A stretch of 64,000 bases of DNA from a virus. Lineage: Duplodnaviria > Caudoviricetes. Below, piece after piece: positions 8,790-17,761 of the stretch (position 1 is the first letter of the stretch; each line of letters begins with the position of its first letter). The stretch lies in IMG/VR virus record IMGVR_UViG_3300031760_000002, positions 112,840-176,839 of that record. The stretch is one strand, 5' to 3'. A program made the translations under genes and the position numbers. Under the pieces are notes generated by a model. It ran no database searches. It saw only the letters and a list, made by a program, of their open reading frames with translations, and was not told the DNA's origin.

Positions 8790-9333
8790 TAGATTCGTCG
8801 TTGGAATCGCCGGCGCCGCCGTAAATCCTCGCCGCCCTGATCCGCTCGGCCATTCCCCGGTCCCCGGCAAGCCTTGCATAGTCCTCCGCCGCGGCAAGGT
8901 ATCCTATTGCCTTGGCCTTGTTTGAATCGATGTCCATGCCGGCGCCGGACGCATTGTCCACCAGGGACAGCAGCAAGCCCTCGGCGTCCAGGTTGCAATC
9001 GCCGAACAGCTCTCCTATTGCGACGCGGCACATGTCCGACACCTCGGTGCATTTCAAAGCCTCGGCATGCTCCTTGGCGCACAGCAGGTTTCCAAGGCAT
9101 AGAAGCTTCTCCGCCTGCCTGGATCTGTCCTCGTTGTATTCTACGAACTGCCTGTACGCGGCAGATATATGCTTAGCCAGGCAATTCCAGCATGCCAACG
9201 GGCTCTTCCCATCCCTAAGCTCGACTGGTATGTAGGCGACGTACCTCGGAGCCGGACCTGACGATCCGGCCTCTTCGGAAAACGCCTTCGCCATGCGGGC
9301 TTCGGCCGATTTCTTGGAACAATTGCAAGACAT
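8776..9333 (-). CDS. Helical protein with CxxCxxKH motif
   Basis: Start re-called at MSCNCSKKSA; contains CWNCLAKH. Confidence 0.65.
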   Translation of the reverse strand: MSCNCSKKSAEARMAKAFSEEAGSSGPAPRYVAYIPVELRDGKSPLACWNCLAKHISAAYRQFVEYNEDRSRQAEKLLCLGNLLCAKEHAEALKCTEVSDMCRVAIGELFGDCNLDAEGLLLSLVDNASGAGMDIDSNKAKAIGYLAAAEDYARLAGDRGMAERIRAARIYGGAGDSNDESNDIS

Positions 9334-9337
9334 GTCT

Positions 9338-10315
9338 CTACAAACCAGTTGGAATTGCAACCTGCAGGGATACGAATCCGATCTTTCCTCCAGGAACGTT
9401 AACCCCTACACTTCCAGACCAGTCGTCGCTGGAGCTGCTGATGGTGTATGAACTTGTGACTTCATCGTCGATTCCCGCCTGAAGTCTTACCTGGTAATAC
9501 CACTGCGGGTCATATTCATAATGCCCCGGCGTAGTCCTGGTCCTAGGTATCCAATGCCTATACCTCTCATAGTCTATGCTTTCAACGTTAAGCGATATGC
9601 TGCCAGGTTCGCTCGGCCTTATGGACGCAAAAGCGGAGGCTATGGCCGCGCATCCATGCTGCCTGGATCCGCAATATCCGTACGTAGAATTGTACTTTTG
9701 GTTGCAGGTATGCCATACGCCTCTCAAATCGGCGCCGCATACGGCTTCTGTCGAACCTGAGTCGGGCTCCGGGGCACTGATCACCTTTATAGCCCAGTCG
9801 TATGCATCGTTATAAAGGCCCTCGATGTTGCACTGGGAATCGGAACAAAGCTTCGTGCCGCTTGGAAAATTCGGGGTTGTGTACGGAGGCTTCGGACCGT
9901 TAAACCTCCTTCCGTATCTGCATTCGCAGCCGGAAAGGTCGGACGTACACGCCCACTCCTTGAAAGAATCGGAATTGGACGTAACCAACGGAGAGACGCT
10001 GGAATAGGCACCATTTATACCTACGCACGGAAACTCCAATACGATACCGGACAGCAACCGCGCCTTGCCCATGAAATTGGTAGGCCACCACTCGTAGTCG
10101 TTGTTGTCGACACTCTCCCAATCCCCGGAAGCGTCGCATTCTGGACAATATCCAGACTGGTCACGCGACACGGAATACCCTGAATTTTCGAAATTTAACG
10201 TCTTCTCTATTCCAGACGTTATTCCTAAGTCTATCGGAAGAAAATCCGATTCGGACGGAACCGTCTGGCAGCAGCATCCGGACGATTCGCACGGACTTAT
10301 GATTTTTGTCCTCAT
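9338..10315 (-). CDS. Cys/Ser-rich putative structural protein
   Basis: 325 aa, many Cys, lower GC than flanks, in virion module. Confidence 0.65.
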   Translation of the reverse strand: MRTKIISPCESSGCCCQTVPSESDFLPIDLGITSGIEKTLNFENSGYSVSRDQSGYCPECDASGDWESVDNNDYEWWPTNFMGKARLLSGIVLEFPCVGINGAYSSVSPLVTSNSDSFKEWACTSDLSGCECRYGRRFNGPKPPYTTPNFPSGTKLCSDSQCNIEGLYNDAYDWAIKVISAPEPDSGSTEAVCGADLRGVWHTCNQKYNSTYGYCGSRQHGCAAIASAFASIRPSEPGSISLNVESIDYERYRHWIPRTRTTPGHYEYDPQWYYQVRLQAGIDDEVTSSYTISSSSDDWSGSVGVNVPGGKIGFVSLQVAIPTGL

Positions 10316-10373
10316 CCTAGTGCGTAAACCTTCCCGGCATGAGCGCCGCGACGCTCTGGAACTGGGATGTTGT

Positions 10374-11051
10374 TCATGCTGAAAACTCCGGTGGCTTCAC
10401 GCCGATTGCGGCTGCGGCTTTCACAAACGACGCATGCTCCTTCTTGAGGTCGAGACGGCCGTGTATCACAGACCACCCCGTCGGAAAGTGTATTCCGTGC
10501 TTGCCAGACGGGACATGCTGCGCGAACAAGCATCGAGACGCACGTCCGACCGGCCCCATCATCACGCCGAAGATGTAGTCAGCCTTCCCGTTTCGAGTCC
10601 ACGCATCGCAGTAGTCGAACATCGCACGCCGTGACAAAAGAGCGTAGGCGTGCGACCCCATGAGAACCGAGCCATCCCACTCATCTTCAGATTGATCGTC
10701 GCACGGGAGCCAACCAAGCCGAAGCGCCACGTCGCCTCGATCCCTCGCAGCATCCAGTTCAGCCGGAAGGTCGGCCGCAGCACTATCACACGGAATCGCA
10801 TCGTCCTCAAATACGAGAAGCGAGTCGAACCCGGCTGCAATGGCGTGGCGAACGAGTGCGTACTGTGCGATTGCATTTCCAAGCTGGCCGTACCTGTAAA
10901 TGCCGTCAGATGTCATTCCAGAGTGGAGCGACAGCCCCTTCCATTCCCGCACGGCATCAGACGGCAGGCCGACCGCATCCCATGCCTTGCGGAACTGGGC
11001 AAGGCGGTCTGCATCGATTGACACGACGAATGCTGGTGGAAGGGCTCTCAT
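10374..11051 (-). CDS. Glycosyltransferase family 25-like protein
   Basis: FVVSIDADRL N-terminus, LLVFEDDA motif and GSHAYAL, typical of GT25. Confidence 0.7.
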   Translation of the reverse strand: MRALPPAFVVSIDADRLAQFRKAWDAVGLPSDAVREWKGLSLHSGMTSDGIYRYGQLGNAIAQYALVRHAIAAGFDSLLVFEDDAIPCDSAAADLPAELDAARDRGDVALRLGWLPCDDQSEDEWDGSVLMGSHAYALLSRRAMFDYCDAWTRNGKADYIFGVMMGPVGRASRCLFAQHVPSGKHGIHFPTGWSVIHGRLDLKKEHASFVKAAAAIGVKPPEFSA

Positions 11052-11308
11052 TAGACTTGTGCGAGCACTAGGAATCCGTACGAATTGACGGACATCGAGT
11101 ATTTAGTTCCGTTGATTACAATGTAGGATGCTTCGATAGTGTCTGTCGAGACTTGAACGGATGCGGAGATAGTGTTTGCCGAGACGTTGCTGGCCGAAAC
11201 ATCGTTATATGCGGAGAGGCTATCGCAAGTAACTGCGCCGACGCTTCCGCTCGCGTCCTCCTTGAGCACGCTGTCGCCGAACGTGACGTTCTTGAGTTGT
11301 GTAGACAT
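11051..11308 (-). CDS. Small tail-associated beta-rich protein
   Basis: 85 aa, AAGGAG RBS, Ser/Val/Thr-rich. Confidence 0.65.
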   Translation of the reverse strand: MSTQLKNVTFGDSVLKEDASGSVGAVTCDSLSAYNDVSASNVSANTISASVQVSTDTIEASYIVINGTKYSMSVNSYGFLVLAQV

Positions 11309-11341
11309 TTTTGTCTCCTTTTGTTGTGTTGTTAGTTAGAG

Positions 11342-11998
11342 TTATTTGTCCTGGCCTACGATAAAGTCAGCTCCGCCTTCTTTTCCGTAAAGTTGTCCGT
11401 TCACCTTGTTGTATAGGAAGCCGGTATTTCCCTTGCGAACCGGGATCATATTGAACATCTGGGAAGTGTCGACGGTCAACTTGAACGAGAACAATCTAAC
11501 CGGAAGAGAACAAACATGAAGTACTGAGCCGTCTTCTTCGCAGACGCAGAATAGACCAAAGTTTCTCATTCTGATTTTTTTTTCTGTACCGTATTTGGTC
11601 ATGCCATTCCCGTCGAAATACGCAGTCGCTCGTGCGGTGTTAGCACCAAACGTATGCCTACTAGTATCCTCTGTTCCGAAATTGAAATAACTGGATGGCA
11701 TTCCAACGCCAAACGCAGACGCACCTTGCTCGCTGGTCTGGCCGTTGATGCAAGCATAGAGATATGCTGACGCTGATCCGTAGCTATACGAGTATCCAAA
11801 ACCTTCCAACTGAGTTGTAATGGAACCTCGCAGCGTGTCTAGGTATTGTACATCCAGAGTAAATGACATATGTTTACCTACACCAAAAACATTCACCGGA
11901 AGACGAAGATACGTGCCGGAGTTTGCGGATGTCTCTAGATACTCGACCTCCGCATCAAACAAAAAACTGTCCAGCATGCTGTGATGGGCCGCGATCAC
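11342..11998 (-). CDS. Beta-sandwich (lectin/concanavalin-like) tail-associated protein
   Basis: GTG start at 11998 with AAGGAG RBS and GTGA overlap; DAEVEYLE at the N-terminus and MIPVRKGNTGFLYNKVNGQL at the C-terminus. Confidence 0.55.
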   Translation of the reverse strand: MIAAHHSMLDSFLFDAEVEYLETSANSGTYLRLPVNVFGVGKHMSFTLDVQYLDTLRGSITTQLEGFGYSYSYGSASAYLYACINGQTSEQGASAFGVGMPSSYFNFGTEDTSRHTFGANTARATAYFDGNGMTKYGTEKKIRMRNFGLFCVCEEDGSVLHVCSLPVRLFSFKLTVDTSQMFNMIPVRKGNTGFLYNKVNGQLYGKEGGADFIVGQDK

Positions 11999-13233
11999 GA
12001 TTCCGCTCCTTTCACGCCGACAAGCCAATGATTATCCGAAATCTCTGTGAACAGGACGACGTTGACACCTGCTCTGAGTTCGGAATTGAAATCCGAACCG
12101 ATGTCGATTGTTTCCGTTGCCGGCAGCGTCAGTTCGTAAACAGAACCTGTCCCTGTCACGACGTACCGAACGATGAAGTCACGTGCATAACCATCTACTT
12201 TTGGCGGGAGCAATAGCTTTATAGAACGTCCTGCGCTACCTGTGTCTTTGGAAAAGCTGTTGATTGCCCTGTCTTCAATGTCTACAACATACCCGTTGTC
12301 GTACCGGACTGTTTGCGACACGAGCTTGTACCGAAGGTCGGCAATGTTCGCCTTCCCGGATATGTCGGGTATTTTCTGTACAACAGTCCTCTTCTTGAAG
12401 TGAGAGGCGTCCCACGCGCCAGCCGCATGAGCCGTCGTGCACTCGTAGAGCATTCCGAAGCGCATGCAGAGCGCGCCGACGGCGTAGGCGGTCGTCTCGG
12501 AGAACGGAGCGGCAATCGCGTCTTGAAACGCGAGCGACCGCGTCCAAGACAGGTTCAGCGCCGCGTCGATTGCTTCCTGGATCGTGGCCGTTGTCGGAAG
12601 GCCAAGCTCGTTTCTGATATCGTCTGGCGTGAGGTTGTCCGACATCGTCAGCCCAACGGCTTCCGCAAGGTCGTCCCAGTCCTCGATTGGGCCATCATAA
12701 CCGCCGCCATGCGTGACTTCAACCGTTCCGTCGTTCGTTGCCACGGCGGTTGTGTCCCCGTCCTGCGACACGAGATGGTCGAATGAATCCGGGATCTGGT
12801 CGGTGGTAGCAAGGACCTTCGTATCGTCCCTGGACACCGATATCGAGCCTACAAGAGTAACAGTAGACGTATCAATCGCCACGGACGGAGAATCGGAATC
12901 GAAATTCTCAATGGCAAATCCTACACTGGCCTGGCTTCCTGCGCCGTCTGACACCATCACAAAGTGCGTCCCGTCTAAAATAACATAGTTGAACGTGTAG
13001 CCATACTTCACGACCTCCCAGTTGTACGTATTAACCCTGACGGCATCGTTCTCGAAGTCGACGACAGAGTCTTCTGAGAACGAAACGGCATACGATGTTA
13101 CGGTATTTGTCAAAGACGTACCGGACGCGAAAGTTACAATCGGTCTGGATAGCGGGTTATCAGGGATGACGACGCCACCGCCTCCCTTGGTGATGACCTT
13201 AAAGTCCTCGTTCTGCGCAAGCTTGATGTTCAT
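11995..13233 (-). CDS. Tail fibre-associated protein with a carbohydrate-binding-like module
   Basis: 412 aa; contains FSETTAYAVGALCMRFGMLYECTTAHAAGAWDASHF (CBM5/12-like pattern). Confidence 0.55.
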   Translation of the reverse strand: MNIKLAQNEDFKVITKGGGGVVIPDNPLSRPIVTFASGTSLTNTVTSYAVSFSEDSVVDFENDAVRVNTYNWEVVKYGYTFNYVILDGTHFVMVSDGAGSQASVGFAIENFDSDSPSVAIDTSTVTLVGSISVSRDDTKVLATTDQIPDSFDHLVSQDGDTTAVATNDGTVEVTHGGGYDGPIEDWDDLAEAVGLTMSDNLTPDDIRNELGLPTTATIQEAIDAALNLSWTRSLAFQDAIAAPFSETTAYAVGALCMRFGMLYECTTAHAAGAWDASHFKKRTVVQKIPDISGKANIADLRYKLVSQTVRYDNGYVVDIEDRAINSFSKDTGSAGRSIKLLLPPKVDGYARDFIVRYVVTGTGSVYELTLPATETIDIGSDFNSELRAGVNVVLFTEISDNHWLVGVKGAES

Positions 13234-13478
13234 TCGTCGCTGCCCTCCTCTCGGCCTGGGCGCATTGGCGGCTCTGGCCTAGCCTTCGGGTCCTTCATTC
13301 CGATGGACTCCCAGAACGCGGCACGCTCCTCGGCGGTGAACTCGCGCTCATCGTAGTTGTCGATAGAGTCGCCGACGCCGAGGTCGACGCCGTCGCCCAG
13401 GACAACGTTGTCCGACTTGCGGACGAACATCCTGCCGTCGTCGGCCAGGTAAAGATTCGTTCCCTCTTCGTGCTTCAT
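13230..13478 (-). CDS. Small tail fibre-linked protein
   Basis: 82 aa directly downstream of the fibre gene with GGGAG RBS. Confidence 0.6.
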   Translation of the reverse strand: MKHEEGTNLYLADDGRMFVRKSDNVVLGDGVDLGVGDSIDNYDEREFTAEERAAFWESIGMKDPKARPEPPMRPGREEGSDE

Positions 13479-13487
13479 CGCGTCTCC

Positions 13488-16439
13488 CTAGACTGAGATT
13501 GTTTCGGAGTTCGCCGGCCTGTACTCCGTCCTGAACGTCTGTCCGACCCTGGAGTCCGAGATCGTCTTGTCCGAGACCCCGCTGCATACGACGACGTTCT
13601 GGAAGTACGCCGAGGAGGTCGTCGTTCCGGTTGGGTTCAGATACACGTTTTTGACACCAGGCTCCATCTTGATCCACCTACAGTACGACTTTGTAGCGGA
13701 TGATGTTCCGAACGCGTTGGAGGAGCATTCGCCCATGAACGTGTTGGCGTAACAGCTGCTGCCGAATGTGTTGGAGTAACAGCTGCTGCCGAACGTGTTG
13801 TAGTTGCAGTCGCTGCCGAACGTGTTGGAGGAGCAGTAGCTCCCGAACGTGTTGGAGGAGCAGTAGCCCCCGAACGTGTTGTAGTTGCAGCCGCTCCCGA
13901 ACGTGTTGGAGGAGCAGTTGTTATCGAACGTGTTGGAGGAGCAGTCGCTGCCGAACGTGTTGGAGTAGCATTCGCTGCCGAACGTGTTGGATAAGCAGTT
14001 GTTATCGAACGTGTTGGAGTAGCATTCGCTGCCGAACGTGTTGGATGAGCAGCTGCCGCCTAACGTGTTGGATGAGCAGTTGCTACCGAACGTGTTGGAT
14101 GAGCAGATGCCGCCTAACGTGTTGGATGAGCAGTCGCTTCCGAACGTGTTGTAGGAGCAGTTGCCGCCTAACGTGTTGGAGTAACAATTGATCTCGAACG
14201 TGTTATAGGAGCAGGAGCTATCGAACGTGCTGTAGGAGCAGGAGCCCCCGAACGTGTTTGAGGAGCAGGAGCTCCCGAACGTGTTGTAGTTGCAATAGCT
14301 ACCGAACGTGTTGGAGGAGCAGTTGCTACCGAACGTGTTGTAGTTGCAATAGCTACCGAACGTGTTGGAGGAGCAGTCGCTGCCGAACGTGTTGGAGTAG
14401 CAGTCGCTGCCGAACGTGTTGGAGTAGCAGTTGTTATCGAACGTGTTGGAGTTGCAGCCGCTCCCGATAAACACTATGCCGTTCAACTTCGGCTTAACAG
14501 AATAGTGCCAAGGTCCAATCTTGTTTCCGTACACAGTACTCGATGCGGTCAACGACATGTCGACCGCATTGCCGGACACGATGTCGGAAAACGTGTAGTG
14601 CCACTGGCTCGTTGATGCGTCGACGATCAGCACCGTGCCGTTGACCGATATGTTCGAGCCCTTGTAGGCGAAGCATTTACCTGTTTCCGAATACGAGAAC
14701 GAACTTACGAGCGATGAAACGTCACTTATCTTCGTGCTCGTGACATTTGTTATGGCCCATCGCTTGAACTGGATCCCCTTGAAGTCGTACGGGCAATCGT
14801 TGCCGAACTCGTCTATCAGCCTGTAGACGACGCCTTTTCCGTTCGTGGAATCCGCCCATGCGAACCTGTTCGTGTCGTTGTCCAGGCAATACTTCAGCTC
14901 CCAAGCCTCGAGATTGCAGCCGTCGAAGTACGTGTCTCCGGCATGCCGAATCGCATACGCGTTCTCGTTGAGCTTGTTGGTCGAGTCGGCTCTGACGATG
15001 ATGTCGAAAGGATGGTTTGCAGACTGTGTGTCTGCCTGAACGGTTGTGGCCACATAGTCCGTAATTCGATACTGCTGCCCAGGAACTAGCGTCCCACCGT
15101 CGCGCAACGCCTTTAGCTCAGACCAGGTCTTCTCGACGACCGCCTGTACAAACGACTTGTCGAGGTTCGCAGACGGAATCTTCCCGTTTCCGTCCACGAT
15201 TACCGTATCTCTGTACCTGAACGTATTAGACGTGTTAAGGTTCCCAAGCGTGCTCTCGCCAAGCTGAATGCTGTTCGTACCGGCTGTATCAACGCCGGCC
15301 CTCTTACCTATCGCGATAGACCCAGCCGCAAGCGACTTGGCGAATGTTCCAATAGCTATAGAACTCTCGCCACCGGAGTTTGTTGTATTGCTGTTGTCAC
15401 CCGCGGAAATCGCTATGGACTTAATCCCGGCGGCCCGGGCTTTGTTGCCTATGCCTACAGAAAACGGGGAATTCGCCGTGGCATCATTTCCGGCCGCAAT
15501 TGAGCTACCGCTCTTCCATCGGTTGAACTCGGCCTCCGAGGTGATGTACCCGGCGTCGTTCGTGAACGCGGACACGTTCGTAGGAACCGTCGGAATGTCG
15601 CTCTTGAGCGCGTAGTCACCGGCAGGCTGAAGCGGTTTGTCCGACTGCGAACCAAGTTTGTATGAAGAGCTAAGTTTAGTTCTAGTGGCTGAAAATTCAA
15701 CGCCAGGAGCGCTGTCCATGCCCTGTGCGACTATGGAAGTTCGTGTATCCGTTGGATAATAGAACTCCGCCAATGAGACACTGGGGGCGGATGAAGGATA
15801 GAACTGATAAAAAGTTTTACCAGTCGGGTCAGTTGTAAATCTAACCTTCGCCTCAGTTGTTACCTCGCCATTTGCCCTGACAATCCACTCACTGAATTCA
15901 GCTATCTCCGTCAGCGTCGCATCGGCCTTGGTGGCTAGGTTGTCCAGGACCGTCTGATCGATCTTGGCGGCGGTGACGGCGCCGTCTGGAATCGATATCT
16001 TCGCGTCGTCGTCGATTGAGATCCCCTGCCCTGGCGTGAGCTTCTTCTGGTACGCGGCCTGCGCCTCATCCTTCGTGAGGTACATGTCCATGGACGGGCC
16101 TAGCGGATCCCATACGGGGTCGTCGTTGCTGGTGTGGCCGGCGCATGCCACGTTCATGCCGTCCTCGACGACATTGTACACGTCGCCGACTTCGACTCCG
16201 TCCTTCGGCAGGTCTTCGTACGTAGGTACGGACCCCTTCCACCTGAGTACCTTCCCGAGCCCTGACAGGGCCTCGTCTATCGCGGACCTTATGCCGTCCG
16301 ACGTAACCGGGTTCGACGACCCGGAGACGGGCTCATCGTCGAACGTAAGCAGGTCCTGCTTGGCGGACAGCAGCCCGTCGATCTCCTCGATCGAGTAGAT
16401 CTTCTTTGCAAAGTCGACGAGTCCGAGCTTCTTGGGCAT
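13488..16439 (-). CDS. Tail fibre / receptor-binding protein with YadA-like head repeats and a 9-aa repeat solenoid
   Basis: 983 aa; FDDEPVSGSSNPVTSDGI linker, SIAIG-type repeats, and 28 tandem xxxCxxNTF-type units. Confidence 0.75.
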   Translation of the reverse strand: MPKKLGLVDFAKKIYSIEEIDGLLSAKQDLLTFDDEPVSGSSNPVTSDGIRSAIDEALSGLGKVLRWKGSVPTYEDLPKDGVEVGDVYNVVEDGMNVACAGHTSNDDPVWDPLGPSMDMYLTKDEAQAAYQKKLTPGQGISIDDDAKISIPDGAVTAAKIDQTVLDNLATKADATLTEIAEFSEWIVRANGEVTTEAKVRFTTDPTGKTFYQFYPSSAPSVSLAEFYYPTDTRTSIVAQGMDSAPGVEFSATRTKLSSSYKLGSQSDKPLQPAGDYALKSDIPTVPTNVSAFTNDAGYITSEAEFNRWKSGSSIAAGNDATANSPFSVGIGNKARAAGIKSIAISAGDNSNTTNSGGESSIAIGTFAKSLAAGSIAIGKRAGVDTAGTNSIQLGESTLGNLNTSNTFRYRDTVIVDGNGKIPSANLDKSFVQAVVEKTWSELKALRDGGTLVPGQQYRITDYVATTVQADTQSANHPFDIIVRADSTNKLNENAYAIRHAGDTYFDGCNLEAWELKYCLDNDTNRFAWADSTNGKGVVYRLIDEFGNDCPYDFKGIQFKRWAITNVTSTKISDVSSLVSSFSYSETGKCFAYKGSNISVNGTVLIVDASTSQWHYTFSDIVSGNAVDMSLTASSTVYGNKIGPWHYSVKPKLNGIVFIGSGCNSNTFDNNCYSNTFGSDCYSNTFGSDCSSNTFGSYCNYNTFGSNCSSNTFGSYCNYNTFGSSCSSNTFGGSCSYSTFDSSCSYNTFEINCYSNTLGGNCSYNTFGSDCSSNTLGGICSSNTFGSNCSSNTLGGSCSSNTFGSECYSNTFDNNCLSNTFGSECYSNTFGSDCSSNTFDNNCSSNTFGSGCNYNTFGGYCSSNTFGSYCSSNTFGSDCNYNTFGSSCYSNTFGSSCYANTFMGECSSNAFGTSSATKSYCRWIKMEPGVKNVYLNPTGTTTSSAYFQNVVVCSGVSDKTISDSRVGQTFRTEYRPANSETISV
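13708..14466 (-). repeat. In-frame 27-bp tandem repeat, 28 copies (GSxCxSNTF)
   Basis: Counted from the translation; plus-strand core CCGAACGTGTTGGAG recurs every 27 nt. Confidence 0.95.
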
Positions 16440-16449
16440 CTATGGCCTC

Positions 16450-16902
16450 CTACTTGTCAAGGAACAGGAGATTGGACCTCTTAGATCCGCTCTTGTTCAT
16501 CACGAAGAACAGGACCTTCTTGGCCCTGTCGAACCTGGCGCCGTCCCATCCCTTGTAGCCGTCGTGTATGTTGTCGAACTCGCGGCGCACCCTGTCGACG
16601 GAGCCCCATTCCCAGAATCCGCCGTACCACTCGCCGGACTCCTCGAAGAAGATGCAGTTCCTGGCGTAGGCCTTGTCGTGGGTGTAGCCCCACATCCCGC
16701 CTTGCCCGTTGAACGTTATTGCCTTGTTTGACACCGATCCGGAAACGAGCTTGTACCCGCCGTCCGACGTGTCCTCTTTGGCGGCCGACCCGTTGCATCC
16801 GCCGTACTTCCATTGCAGCCTGGAATAGTCAAACGGCTCCTCCTGTTCGATGTCCAGCCAGCGAAGTATCTTCTTCCAAAGCTTCTTAAGGAACTTCTCC
16901 AT
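16450..16902 (-). CDS. Hypothetical protein with N-terminal amphipathic helix
   Basis: Start re-called at MEKFLKKLWKKILRWL with AAGGAGG RBS. Confidence 0.75.
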   Translation of the reverse strand: MEKFLKKLWKKILRWLDIEQEEPFDYSRLQWKYGGCNGSAAKEDTSDGGYKLVSGSVSNKAITFNGQGGMWGYTHDKAYARNCIFFEESGEWYGGFWEWGSVDRVRREFDNIHDGYKGWDGARFDRAKKVLFFVMNKSGSKRSNLLFLDK

Positions 16903-16962
16903 GTATGCCTCCTTGCCGCACGGGGCCGCGGCATGCGCCGCCGTACTGCCGTGCTGCACGAC

Positions 16963-16991
16963 AGTATACTATTTGGCGGGCCTCTTTGCAA
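16963..16991 (-). promoter_or_regulatory. sigma70-type promoter upstream of the tail fibre block
   Basis: TTGCAA-17 nt-TATACT. Confidence 0.55.
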
Positions 16992-17280
16992 CGGTCGGTA
17001 TGCGTATGCTCTGGCCGGGTCGTATCGCCAGTGCCGACGGCATCCCGTTCTCCGCCATGACGTCGTCCATGGACACGTTGTACTTCCTGGCTATCCCGGA
17101 GAGGACCTCCCCGGGCCTTACCGTGTGCCTCCTGGTCGTGAGCCAGTCCTTGAAGATCTCGGACGCCCTTTGCAGGTTCGGATCACCCGACTCGGCCAGC
17201 TTCATAAGTCCAGAAGCCAGTTGTTCGGGAATGCCGAACGACTGGCATCTGGACATGAATCCGGACTCGTACGGAGTCAT
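16969..17280 (-). CDS. Leader-tagged LysM domain protein
   Basis: Leader MTPYESGFMSRCQSFG..LMKLA, then LysM HTVRPGEVLSGIARKYNVSMDDVMAENG...IRPGQSIRIP. Confidence 0.85.
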   Translation of the reverse strand: MTPYESGFMSRCQSFGIPEQLASGLMKLAESGDPNLQRASEIFKDWLTTRRHTVRPGEVLSGIARKYNVSMDDVMAENGMPSALAIRPGQSIRIPTVAKRPAK

Positions 17281-17281
17281 G

Positions 17282-17749
17282 CTAGTAGGCTGTCCCCGCC
17301 GGAGGCGTTATCCTGGCCGGGGCTTCCGTTTTCGTTCCAACCGGAAGCGCAGGTTTTCCGTTTCCGGCGAGCTGGCTGGCCTCAGGCGCACCGGAAAGCT
17401 TTCCTCCGGCGTACCCCCCGACGCCACCCACAATACGTCCGAGCCCGCCGCCTAGAAGTGCGCCTCCAATAGCGCCAACCGGCCCAAGCACGGCCCCGCC
17501 AAGCGCCCCCGTGGCCGCTCCGATCCCGGTACCCCACTTGCGGCCCGTGCTCTTGTAGCTCTCCATCGACCTGTTTGGATCTTTCCTGTTAAACAGGTGG
17601 GAAATAAGGCCATATGCGCCTATGCTGCCAAGTCCCCCAAGCAGAAATCGGCCTAAGCCGGCCTGTTTCCTCATCAGCTGGACGGCCGTGTCTTCATCGA
17701 CGCCGTACTCGGCGCACTTCGTGAGAAATCCATGTTCGTATGGTGTCAT
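17282..17749 (-). CDS. Leader-tagged glycine-zipper protein
   Basis: Leader MTPYEHGFLTKCAEYG..LMRKQA, then GxxxG runs (GTGIGAATGALGGAVLGPVGAIGG). Confidence 0.85.
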   Translation of the reverse strand: MTPYEHGFLTKCAEYGVDEDTAVQLMRKQAGLGRFLLGGLGSIGAYGLISHLFNRKDPNRSMESYKSTGRKWGTGIGAATGALGGAVLGPVGAIGGALLGGGLGRIVGGVGGYAGGKLSGAPEASQLAGNGKPALPVGTKTEAPARITPPAGTAY

Positions 17750-17761
17750 TTTGTCTCCTTT

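Noticed and set aside
13708-14466. CRISPR array
   Set aside because: Units are contiguous 27-mers without unique spacers and are in frame within a 983-aa gene.
13488-16439. Diversity-generating retroelement target
   Set aside because: No reverse transcriptase and no separate template repeat recognised in this window.
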